DNA of 63,316 bases, filler included, from Reticulomyxa filosa (taxonomy: Eukaryota; Protista; Foraminifera): assembly GCA_000512085.1 (NCBI GenBank). It is 15 parts of 15 records of this genome, joined end to end, with 100 filler letters (N's around TTAATTAATTAA, not from the genome) between each part and the next. Parts side by side here need not be neighbours in the genome. Positions count along the whole stretch, not along the records: positions 23,408 to 25,977 come from ASPP01024597.1; positions 26,078 to 27,690 come from ASPP01027908.1; positions 27,791 to 30,029 come from ASPP01040815.1; positions 30,130 to 33,003 come from ASPP01049732.1; positions 33,104 to 36,142 come from ASPP01021880.1; 10 more parts are not named here. The stretch is one strand, 5' to 3'. Below the pieces are notes generated by a model. That model was not told where the DNA came from. It ran no database searches and saw nothing but the letters and a program-made list of their open reading frames with translations. The translations under genes and the position numbers were made by a program. Numbering within the stretch: the first letter of the stretch is position 1; the number at the start of each line of letters is the position of its first letter. Shown piece after piece: positions 23,650-35,337 of the stretch.

Positions 23650-25750
23650 TTTCTTCGGCAATCCGGGACTATAAATTTTATCCTTGTAAACTTTGAGAAC
23701 AAGGATTAAAACAAATGATGCTAGATAAAAAAATTAAAAATCTGGAACTAGACCCTTTTTAAGGACCTATTTAACTCGTCATTTTTTTTATTTTCAATTC
23801 AAAAATAAATTTTTATTTATTTATTCGTTCAATTTATAATTATTGAGTTATTTTATCAAATTAATTAGTACTGTGTTCAATTTTTTATTTTCAAAGCTGT
23901 TACTATTAATTTTAGAGGTACATTTTTGCTTTGCGACCCAAAGAAAAAGGCTAGTAGCTGTAATTTTTTTGTGAAGATTTTAATAAACTGTTGCAAATGG
24001 ACTCATTGGATCTTTTTCCCTCATATGGATTGGTTGAACTTGTAATTCGAAACTGTTCGCTTGTTGTTTAGATAAAGTTGTTCACTGCATTGCTACGTCT
24101 TTGGCGTTACTGCATTATTCAAAATAATGCCTTAATATTTTAATGCTTTTGAAATAAAATTTTTGTGGGAAATACGCTTGCGATTTGTCCGTATCAGCGT
24201 GCATGTTGACCATCTTTCACGTCTGGTACGAACGCGAGTTTATAGTTAACATAACGGAGAACCAATTTTAAAAGTATGTGTGTTTTGCAATCTGAGGGAT
24301 ATCACATTGCGAAGTACGAACACATTTTAGTAGAGTTATATTTGCACATCTTACAATGTGCAATTAATGCATTGGAGCTGTCCATCTTGCTCTTGTGTTC
24401 GTCTGAGGAATGTAACTTTGCTTGATACTTGAAATTTTGCGGAGATCTATCTGCTTTTGCATACATTGATATCAAAAGTTATCATCATAATTTTGAATAA
24501 TATTTTCTGCAAATGTTGTATCTAAGAATATTTGATGCTATCTTTTCTCAGTTTATATAGCTGATCTTTCACAAATTCAACATGTTTTAATATGATTAAC
24601 ATTTTTCCTACTGATGGACTGAACAAAACTTCTGACGTATTTGAAGGAGAGGAGAGCATTTTAGAAAACCATAGAACTTTTTGGAATAAAAACCTTTTGT
24701 ACTTAGAAAAGTGTTCTAAGGTTTTTTATATAAACAACTTTTCCGAGGATTTTTTTTACTTGTTACCTTGTGGAAAAAAAACTTTGATCGCACATAATTA
24801 TATCATCTACAACAAAACTATCTTTTTGTTTCAGCACTTACAAAAAAAAAGTTGTAAGAGTGTCTCCAGAAAAAAAAAGCCATGTTGGTCTTGTTGAATT
24901 ATCTGTGCATTAAAAAAAATAAATTGAAAATGATCACTTCACCAGAATAGCCATTATTTTAGCCCAACTCTTACAACAATTGCATTTGATAAGAACAGTT
25001 GTTAAATTTCGTTAGTTCCTTCGTATGAAAACGTTTTTACGATATGGGACATTTCTTACTGTTTTTTATCAAGTCCGACTTAACAAGTTGCTAATGTCAA
25101 AAACAATGGTATCAAGGAAGAACACCAAAATCATTTTGTCTTGAAAAAAGAAGTTAGAAAAATCAGCAGCGAATTATAACAAAAGAAAAGCTGACAAGAA
25201 ATTTTTTCATAATTTATAAATATTGATATCAAAGTAATAATGTTTTGCTTCTTTTCATTATTGCAATTGCTTTTGAAATTTTTTAGTGATTAATTTCTGC
25301 ATTAATAATCTCTTCAAAACAAATTTAATTGATTATTCAGAACTTAGACATAAAGAAAATTTGAATAAATTATTCGATTAGCAGCAAGTTAATGATCATT
25401 TATTGTTTTTTTTAAAATCAACAACTGATTCTTTGAATGCAGATAATGACTGTTTCATTTTCGTGAAACAAGTCACACAATAAATTTTCGATCGAAGATG
25501 AAATAATGTAAATATCTTGGACATATAGATCAAAATATTTTTCATCGAAAAAAAAAGATAATGACAGTCTGTTTGAACTATTTCGTTCACAGAATCTCTT
25601 CAGCAATCTGGGAATGTAAATTATATCCTTTTAAACTTTGGAAACAAGGAAAAAAACAAATGATGCAACATAAAAAAATAAAAAATCTGGAACTAGGCCC
25701 TTTTTAAGGAACACTATAATTTTTCAATTTAAAAATATTTCTTTATGTAT
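23650..25750. repeat. Diverged direct repeat (~23650-23810 vs ~25595-25750), ~1.95 kb apart, within degenerate sequence
   Basis: Shared core atcctt(g/t)taaactttg..aacaagga..aaaacaaatgatgc....taaaaaaat.aaaaatctggaactag.ccctttttaagga. No intact ORF lies between the copies. Confidence 0.7.
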
Positions 25751-27790
25751 TATTGTTATTTGAAATAAATGTGATAAAACATTAGACAAGCTTTGCCATC
25801 ATAACACATTGAGATAATAATATAAATTTTGTCTTTTACAGATCCTTCTTGAGAACTGCATGACATTTTAATCACAATAATAACTGCGATTCATTATTTT
25901 TCCTTTCAATATGCTACATGTAATAATATATTCAATTGAAGATGCAATCAATTCTGCAGATATGTTGACAATTGTCGNNNNNNNNNNNNNNNNNNNNNNN
26001 NNNNNNNNNNNNNNNNNNNNNTTAATTAATTAANNNNNNNNNNNNNNNNNNNNNNNNNNNNNNNNNNNNNNNNNNNNCAACCTTTTTCTTTAGTATCTTT
26101 TTTTCTTCTCATTTTTTTCTTATCTCTTTTTTTTTTTATTATTCCATTTTTTTTATCACAATCTTTTTCCCCCCCTATTGTCCAATTTTTTCCCACTTAT
26201 TGTTCTTTTTTTTTCCCCCTACATCCACTTATTATTCAATTTCCCCATTTATTTTCCAACTTTAAAAAAATATATATTGCACCGGAAATCTATACACAAA
26301 CAAACAAAATTATATTTGATATTTTTAAAGATTAAACAAAAATATACTTACTGTCAAAGTTGAGCTAGATCCATCTATATTTCCTATAAGAAAAACACTA
26401 ACAAATATTTTTGGGTGGAAGGAAAGACAAAAACAAAACATAAAATAAATTATTTTTCTTTGTGCGGGGGAAGTCTATTTTGTCACAAACACATAACTAC
26501 ATTTTATAACAAAAGAAAAAAAAATATACACAAACATACACAAACCTTTATCCCTAATATCGGGTGCAGGGTAGATTTCGACCCCAATTATTTTGTGTGT
26601 GAGTTGAGAATATGTACATACGTAACAATCTTTAGGGCGGGGGATTCCTATATCATAAAATATACGATAAATGAATATATTTAAAAAAAAAAACAAAAAA
26701 AAACAAACTGATTTGTCTCCTTTCGGAGACGGGGTGGATTCTCCCCGTTTCTTCTTTTTTTTTCATCATGTGGGCTGTCCTAAACAAAATACACAAAGCA
26801 AATACTATTATACGTTGAACAACAAATAAATAAAAAAACGTATACTGTGCTAAAATAATGAAAAAGTTGTTACCATCTCTTTGCAAAGTGGCCATTGATT
26901 GACATCGTCCTTACCACTGCAACAAACATCATCATCTTCTCATGGCAGTCTTTCGCCATTGTGGTCATTGTCATTTTGCTCAGTTGTCTATACACGTACA
27001 CACATAATGACATAATGTCACATTTTTTTTTTAGAATTTTTAAAAGCAACAACATAAAAACAGTTTTACCTGATAGACACATTGCAAATGCATTCACTTT
27101 GGTGATAGTTTTGCTTGAGTGATGTGGTGTATATTGAGATGTTGTGCGTTTGTGTTGGCAGCTGATGTTGTTCGATAGTTGGGGAGGACTTATATATAAA
27201 ATCAAATTACGAAATTTGGAGCGTTTTAGATTTTGTTTGTCTTCTTTGTTTTGCCTCCCAAATTTGTCATTTGCCAAATGACCTTCCCCTTTGTGCTTAA
27301 TTCTCAATAAACGGAACAGAGTCTCTGTGTCCGTTAGTTCTTCTTTGATAAAGAGATTTTGACAGGCCAACGCACATATTCCAAACATGATCGATTTTGT
27401 ATTGACGTTTCCGCTGCTGTTGTCACAAAATGACGACTTGAGCAATATTTAAGAAAAATTTTGAAGTGTAGTTTTTTTTTCCCAGATTAAAATATAACTT
27501 TTTAATCAAACATAACAAATTGTTTTAATATAAAGTCCAAATTCATTATTTTGATATTTTGAGAATATTTTTATAATAGTAGAATCAACACAAAGATATA
27601 TCTCAATAATTCATATTTGGACTTGCAAAACTAAGTGTTTCACCTAAAAAAAACAAAAAGGGATCACAATCATCTTTTGTGTGTAATAGANNNNNNNNNN
27701 NNNNNNNNNNNNNNNNNNNNNNNNNNNNNNNNNNTTAATTAATTAANNNNNNNNNNNNNNNNNNNNNNNNNNNNNNNNNNNNNNNNNNNN

Positions 27791-28379
27791 CAATTAAAAG
27801 AAGTTTTATCTGAAATAAATGTAATATTATTAAAACCAATATTAATCCATACTGGTAATTTTGCTTTTGATGCTAAACACATTTCATTAATGCAATATCC
27901 TTGCAAATTAATTCCTGGTTTTGTTTTTCCAATTTCTGTTTTTTCCATTTCTTTTTGTATACTTTTATTATTATCATCAAATATGTTCGTTGTATTTTCT
28001 TGTTCTTGTTTCTATTCATCATTCCAAAACAGAAACATAAAGTTATAAAATAAATAAAATAATTTTATTGTTACTTGTTCAATATTCTCCAATTCATTAC
28101 TTTTGCTTTTATCCTATTTAATAAAAATAAAATAAAAAAAACATCAATTATAATGAAATAAGATATGTTGTAATATACCTCATTTTCAACAGATAATTGA
28201 ACAAGTTCTTTTATCATCAATTCGATATTTCCATTATTATTTATTATCTTTTGTTTCAACTCTTCTTTCTTAATTGAATCACCGAATAGTCGAATCAATG
28301 TTTTTATTTCCTTTTCATATTTCTTGTCTCCTTCGTTTGTGGCATTGGTATTGTTATTGCCGCTTTTGTTGTCTTGCAT
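27791..28379 (-). CDS. Uncharacterised protein (helical UBA-like segment plus Cys-containing PGINLQGYCxNxxC domain), intron-containing, 3' partial
   Basis: YEKEIKTLIRLFGD...NNGNIELMIKELV, followed after short introns by KPGINLQGYCINEMCLASKAKLPVWINIGF running into the gap. Confidence 0.55.
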
Positions 28380-29501
28380 TCCCCCTTTACCCTTTGCTTT
28401 ATCTATTAAAATAAAATCACACCGTCTTCATTGTTCATATATCATTGTTGTTTATATCATCAACTGTGATTTTGGAAACATACATCTGTTTTTGATCAAG
28501 GAACAAAGTATTTCTTTTTTTCTCCCCACTGTTATCCGCACAAATAAAAAAAAAACTAACAGTAATCTCAAGCTGTTTTATCTCGCTTTTCTTGTCGTAA
28601 TTGCTCATCTTCTAAAACAAGCATTCAGAGTTTTTGATGAAAAAAGGATAATGAGGATGCACTTTCGCAAGAAAAAACTATTTTTTAGATCTTAAAGATA
28701 GAAATAAAGGAAAATACAATAATGCAATTGAATATTATTAAAAAAATTATTACAAATGTCTCTATTTCATATTGTAAAAAATCTTTGAAAACCCAATTAG
28801 GTGAAACAACAAGTAAAATTAAAATTGAAAAACTTATAATTTTGTTTTGGTTATTTGATCAATATTTCTAAGTGTGCACAAAAATGTTTTGAAAAACAAA
28901 AAGGATAATGTTTATCAGCCCAAATATTTTACAAAATGTAACATTTATCTTTTATTTCAAAATTTTTCTTTTTTCGTTGAATAAAAACAATGCATAATCA
29001 AAGATTATCTCAGTGTTTAAAATTTTTCTGAGAAAAAAGTTATTGAAGCGTAACTTGGGCCAACCTTCTATTAATATTGTTTGTGTTTTTTCCCTTTTTG
29101 TAGAGAGCATTCGAATAAGAATAAAAATGTTGTATTTGTTTTTTTTTTTACAATAAAATCCAAAAGAAGAAAAAAAAGCAAAGACAGTATCTGAAGTCTG
29201 TTTTTCAGCAACAATCTTGCTTTGATAAAAAAAATGGATTTTACAACTGGGATCAGCAGAAAGATATTCACAATGTCATTTGTTTGATTTGCAACAAAGT
29301 CGCTAACAAACCAAATAGGGAAATCAATTGCATTCATAAACTTTTTAAACATAAAGTTTACAAAAATTAGATCATAACATATATTTATATCTTAAACTTT
29401 TTCGTTTTTATTTATGATGCCTTTGAAAAATTTAACAAAAAATATTTTCATTTCAAACAAGTTTAATATCATTTTTAAAAAGAATACTTGATAAAAATAA
29501 A

Positions 29502-30029
29502 TTATCCCCAAATACAAATGGGACCTTTGGCTGAACCATAGCATAAGTTTAAGTCATACATATTATCATTCTCTTTCTTTTTTAATTTAATAAATTTAAG
29601 ACATAATATTCCACCATCTGTTTTATCATCTCCTTTCATAGCATATAATTCATTTTTATTTGATCGAACATCCCAAAAACGAATAGTATTATCTCTTGAT
29701 CCAGAGCATATCACATTACAGCCAGTAATTTTATTAGTATTCTTTACCATGAATGGTAAATAATCAACAGCACATATAATATCTGTATGTCCATGAAAAA
29801 TTTGTATTTGTTTATCAGATCGAATATCCCATAAACGAAGAGTTTTATCTTGTGATCCAGATAAGACTGTATTTAATAATGATCCATTTGGTCCATATTT
29901 TACACTCATTAATTTATGTTCATGTCCTTTAAAAAGATTAAGTTGTTTAGTTGTTTCAATATCCCATATTCGAATAGTTTTATCCCATGATCCAGAACAA
30001 ACAGTATATCCATTTCCACCAATAATGCC
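29502..30029 (-). CDS. WD40-repeat protein of the expanded lineage-specific family, 5' partial
   Basis: The frame is open from the gap: IIGGNGYTVCSGSWDKTIRIWDIETTKQ..KGHEHKLMSVKYG..LSGSQDKTLRLWDIRS..ICSGSRDNTIRFWDVRS..LCYGSAKGPICIWG*. Confidence 0.88.
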   Translation of the reverse strand, partial: GIIGGNGYTVCSGSWDKTIRIWDIETTKQLNLFKGHEHKLMSVKYGPNGSLLNTVLSGSQDKTLRLWDIRSDKQIQIFHGHTDIICAVDYLPFMVKNTNKITGCNVICSGSRDNTIRFWDVRSNKNELYAMKGDDKTDGGILCLKFIKLKKKENDNMYDLNLCYGSAKGPICIWG

Positions 30030-30692
30030 NNNNNNNNNNNNNNNNNNNNNNNNNNNNNNNNNNNNNNNNNNNNTTAATTAATTAANNNNNNNNNNNNNNN
30101 NNNNNNNNNNNNNNNNNNNNNNNNNNNNNAAAGTGGTGTTTTAAAATGATGAATTTTATTGTTTTTTTTATTGTATTGAAAATGTTATGCATTTTTTAAG
30201 TACGAGATTCATAAGCTCATAAATACTTTACAGCAAAAACGTGATCATGTATTATGTTGTTTGATTTATAAAGTTATATTGTGATTAAGCTCATCAGTGT
30301 TTTTTAAATTTTTAAGTTTATCACTATGAAAAGAATTTTAAATTATCTGCAACAACAAACAAAAATTAATAATTTATCAAAAAGAAAATAAATTGTTGAA
30401 TTTTTTGAAATTGTTGTAGTGTCAAAACAAGCGCAATGAAAAATTTATTGTTATGCAGCGAGGAAAAGAACAACCGACAATGCTACAGTCTTTTCACAAA
30501 AAAACGGTTGCCTGAAAAAGCTATCATTCCAAAATTTAACAATTACATTTACAGCTTTGTTGCACGGGTTCTAAAGATATCATTCAATTGTCTTTATTTA
30601 CATCATCTGATACTCTGATTATCAATTTAATACGATCGAAATAAAAAATGAAAAACACTTTTGCAATCATTTCTACAGAAACAATCTCAATT

Positions 30693-33003
30693 TCAGAAAG
30701 GAGAAATATTTGACAAGAATGTCCAGAGCCATGAAGAGGTGGGCCGTTCGTCTTTTTTTTTCCATTCCTGATATGCACAGTGATATGCAGCCGCACAGGA
30801 ACTCCACTCTAAATGTTCATGGGGGAAGTGAGACAGGTCATTGTCGCGAAGGCATTGACGTAAGAGAAAGGCGAGTTGAAACTCTTGAGCGCAGGGCAGA
30901 TTTCGTTGAACTTGTCCTAGTTTGTATGCAATCTCACGCCAAACCCTTAGTATATCTTTCATGGTGGTCAATGGAGTTTTTTTGACAAACGCTTTGATTT
31001 GCTGTTGAAGTTCGTTTGATAACGGATATCGATATATTTCAAGGACAAATGGAGTAACGGAGCTCTCATCCAGGCGTTCGATGCGCATCAAGTTATTCAA
31101 AAAGTGCCACAACGCAGCGATATGTTTGATGCAGAGGACATTTTTTGTGTCTTTGGTATGGGTTTGAAAGTCAAACAGACTCCAATCTTTCTTTTCAAAG
31201 TGCATATGTTGGAGCAAGTTGATCAAAGGTGTGTCGAAGCGGAGTTGGTCGGGGTTGTTGGACAAGAAGACGACAATATCGTTGAGTGCCTCCAAGCCTT
31301 TCTGTTTTTGTAAGGAAGAGGCGGTGTACAAGCGAGTGTGTTCCCAAAGCAACTCGATCTGAGCTGTTTGCGAATCCTGGTGCTGAGTCTCGATGGTGGC
31401 AATGCTATTGTGGATGTCCAAGTCGTTGCGATATTGAAATAGAGGGACTCCAAGAGCCAGAGGTCTCCGACCGTGCACAAAGGTGTGATAAATGTCATTT
31501 TCAATGGACGCGAAATCAAAATATTTTGATTCGCTGTTGATGACACCGTACTCGAGTACTGGAGCACTGTGTCGTCGAATGATTTCATTTAGTTTATTCT
31601 TATCAAAGCACAGCACGTCATTCGAGGTGATATCAAACAGCCATTTGTAAATGACCTGATCATTGTCATGCAATATTATCTCTCTTTCCCCTTTATTGTC
31701 ATCATCATTATCATTTTTATTATTATCATCATCATCTTTTTTGTGTTCATGTACAGACAGTCGCTTTAAACGACAAAGGGTATGCAAAAAGCGATTGTGT
31801 TCGTCTTGCAAAAGTCGGATGATTTTGTAAATACTGAATCGCGCCCGTGCGGTCTTGGCGTTGACCACGACTACGCGTTCAATTGGTATGAGCATCTTTT
31901 CGGCTTGGAGTTGTTGATAATGTGACGCAAAGTGATTCCAGCACATCACAAGATCGCTCCACCAGGAATAGCACTCACGCTTTTGCTTCACTATATCTTT
32001 GATATGCACGTCGTACAGTTGTTCGGGCAGCAGCTGTTGCGAGTATTCGTCATGCACGTGTTTCAACAACTTGGCAATGCTGGGCAAGTACTGCACGGCC
32101 CAAGCGCCTTCGTTGCAAGCGAGCAGCTGTGACGTCAATGGGTACTGCGCACACAGCTCGGAGTCGTGGCTGAATGCGCGGCTCAAGTCATTCCACGACA
32201 GCACTTGCACTGCCAAAAACAACTGTGGCGCATAGCTTATTTGGTATGAGTCTGTCAGCTCTTTCTTCTCTTCGATTTCGCTCATCAACTCGCCGAACGC
32301 TGTCGATGTCTGTCGCTTCCCTGCGTCTTCGCCTGCGTTTCGATACTTGATAAACTTATCTTTGTCATTAAAAAACGTGCGGTATTCGCAGTCCAGCTTC
32401 TCTTCAAACTCGTACATATCCTTCAGAGTCTTGTAGCTCGAGCCATGCGGATACCATTTTGCAAACTTTTCTGAAAAGTCTTTCATCCAAAAATGCAGAG
32501 CCACTTCCAACAGCTCTTCGTTCAGACCGGTCAGCTGTTCTAACTGCCTCCAGTTAGTCTTCACTTGCCACCATAACATGTCGCCCACGCTCTTGCATTT
32601 CAACAGCTGCAGCAGCTTTGCACTATCCTGTGGGATGCACTCGTCTCTCAGTAGCAATGGCAGATGGTATAGCAAGCGTAACAACAGCCACGTTAATGGA
32701 CTCACTGTCTCTGGCTCTGTTCTTTTCGGCGACGTATAATATCTCTCCAGCACGAACCAAATGCTTTTCGACTCTTCTCCCACTTTGGACGGCGTTTTTG
32801 ACGAAAAGGAGGAGGAGGGGATGCACAATTTGGCTCCGCATCCGTCCATTTGACAGGTTGCCTCTTTGCACAAAGATAGAGGCGCATCTTCGAGTAATAA
32901 TGGGTGTCTGTTTGCACAATAATATGGTATAGGCTCTTTCGTAGGTGACGACGACGACAAGGCATCCTGCGACAAGAACAACTCCGAGTCCTCAAATAGC
33001 AAT
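30693..33003 (-). CDS. RNF213: RNF213 (mysterin)-like E3 ligase C-terminal region (RZ-finger-like motif and C-terminal domain), 5' partial, no introns
   Basis: Motifs are colinear with the RNF213 C-terminus: YYCANRHP..C..C..CGAKL, VSPLTWLLLRLLYHLPLLL, WRQLEQLTG, VQYLPSIAKL, IIRLLQDEHNRFL, YFDFASIENDIYHTFVHGRRPL, LCIKHIAALWHFL. The ORF is 769 aa. Confidence 0.8.
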
Positions 33004-33103
33004 NNNNNNNNNNNNNNNNNNNNNNNNNNNNNNNNNNNNNNNNNNNNTTAATTAATTAANNNNNNNNNNNNNNNNNNNNNNNNNNNNNNNNNNNNNNNNN
33101 NNN

Positions 33104-33775
33104 AATAATAATAATAATAATAATAATAATAACGATAATGGTAATAACAATACTAATACTGGCTCAATAAATGTGAACACGAATGCGAATGTCAATGATG
33201 AAGAGAATCCAGCGGTACCGATGGACGATGGGTTCGTTCGGCCAAAAGAGAAAAAAAGCAAAGGGAAATACGACGAAACTCGATTGCAGCCAATGTCGTA
33301 TTCCTCAGCGATCTCTTCATTTGCAATGAAACATGGCCCGAATGGCGAGCGACAAAGACGAATCCGCGCTACGACGTTGCCATCAACTCAGCAAGCGAAG
33401 TTATCAATACACGCAATTGGGAAGCAACGCCAACCCCAACATTAGACACTGTCGAATCCAACGGAAGACGTTGAGTTTATCCGCTCCTCCGGTTTGCGCC
33501 AGTATGGATGTGGCCATCGGGGTGGACAGTGACGCCAAAATGGAACAAGTCCGATTGGATGACTCATCGAATCACATCCATTCCATAACCGTTTCCCAAC
33601 AAAACTCCCTCATTAATGCTTGTGCACAACAATCTGCGGTTGTCAGTCATGATCCGTTATCATTATCATTGTCATTGTCATTTCCAGTGCCAGTCCTTTG
33701 TCTTCTTTTGAAAAAGATCAAAACATTGATTCATCCTGCAACAATCCAAAAGTTATGTATATACATATATGAACA

Positions 33776-33810
<35 letters not shown>

Positions 33811-35337
33811 GTATATGTTAATAAAAATCTGAACAAATTGAAAAAGAATAAAGTTTCCAGTGTTCCATCGATGAGAGTGCGACTTCGAAAGAGCCGTGGA
33901 AATGGTTACAAGTTTCTGTCTTTGGAGGAATCGCATTTGCAAGAAATGACCACAGGCTTGCCATTGACAACGAGCGAAGTGAGAACGACACAGAGCGCCG
34001 AATTCGGCAGTAAAGGGACTTCGAGAGAATCACTAAAAAAGACCCCCAAATTCTCTGGAATAACAACGACAACTCTAACGAACGCAACGGTGATTGGCAT
34101 ATCAACACAATCGAAATGCGCAATGGACGCGCCTTGCACGGACGCGAACGCATCGGAAATGAAAGAGGTGACCACCCCTGAGCCTTGCGTATCTTCTTCT
34201 TCTTCTTCTCGGCGACAAAGAGCAAGTCGCCGTCGTTCATTCGCCACTCACAAAGTCCTCTCCGAAGCGCAGCAAGATTGCAAGCCTCGCGTGGAGGCAG
34301 CCTATGAAGCCGAAGAAATTGTTGAGACTGACACCACAGCCCTCGTCACAAAACAACAAGGACGACCACGTAGGCGCGTAAGCGGCAAAGGAACGAGTAG
34401 TCAAGAGATTGGTAGCGGGCGTGGTGACGACACTCGTGGCCGAGGAAGAGAAGGAGAAAGGGAAAGGGAAAGCATTAGTCAAGGACAAACACCACCCAAT
34501 GGACGCATTACCAAAGTGTCAATCGTGACAACGGCAAGTAAAAACAAACGAGGTCGAAAAGTTACCAAGAGGGGCCAAAAAACCTCTGAGGAGGACGACA
34601 TCACTGAGAGAGTGATCAATCTTGCTCCGCCGACCAAACGGAGACGACTAAGTAGCAATGCGTCACAACCAATCACAAACGACCAATTGACGAAGTGCAC
34701 GTTGCCTGCGAAAATCTGCGTGAGACGATCTACCAAAACGGGACACGACACGATTCAATCGCAACCGATCAAGCATTCCCGTCGCCATCGTGGTCGAAAG
34801 GCCGACAACAACGAAATCATCTATGCGATGATTGCTCTTGGTCCTTTGACTCGACGTGCCAAAAAACAAATGCTACGTCAGGCCACTGCCTTGCAGAAAA
34901 CTATTCCAGCTGATATTCAGGCTCAATGTGACCGTCATGATGATGATGACGATGATGATGATGTTGATAATGATGATGATGATGATGATGTTGATGTTGA
35001 TAATGATGTTGATGATGTTGATGATGATGATATTGATGTTGATGACGATAGTGATGATATTACCACCAATCGTAGCGACGACGGCAAAACCAACAATCAA
35101 AAAACACACAAACGACGTGCATCACGGAAGAGACATCCCACAACGAAATCAAAAACCACACAGAAACAATCATCGTCCATCCGTGGAAAACACACGAAAA
35201 GGTCCAATCCCAATCATCCTGCTTCCTCCTTCCCAAGTACTGGCATGCAAGACACTCCAAACTCGGCGGATAACAGCCTCTCGAATTCTTTGCGAAGGAG
35301 TACGCGTCTTGCTGCGCAAAAAAAAAAACCACATTAA
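33104..35337 (+). CDS. Low-complexity, intrinsically disordered basic/acidic protein, 5' partial; probable frameshift at 33333-33445 and intron ~33752-33860
   Basis: Poly-N start, a long R/K/S/T-rich terminal exon, an Asp-rich tract, NLS-like PPTKRRR and a C-terminal LRRSTRLAAQKKK. Confidence 0.55.
34939..35058 (+). repeat. Imperfect (GAT)n coding microsatellite (poly-Asp)
   Basis: About 40 codons, mostly GAT, interrupted by GTT/AAT/ATT. Confidence 0.9.
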
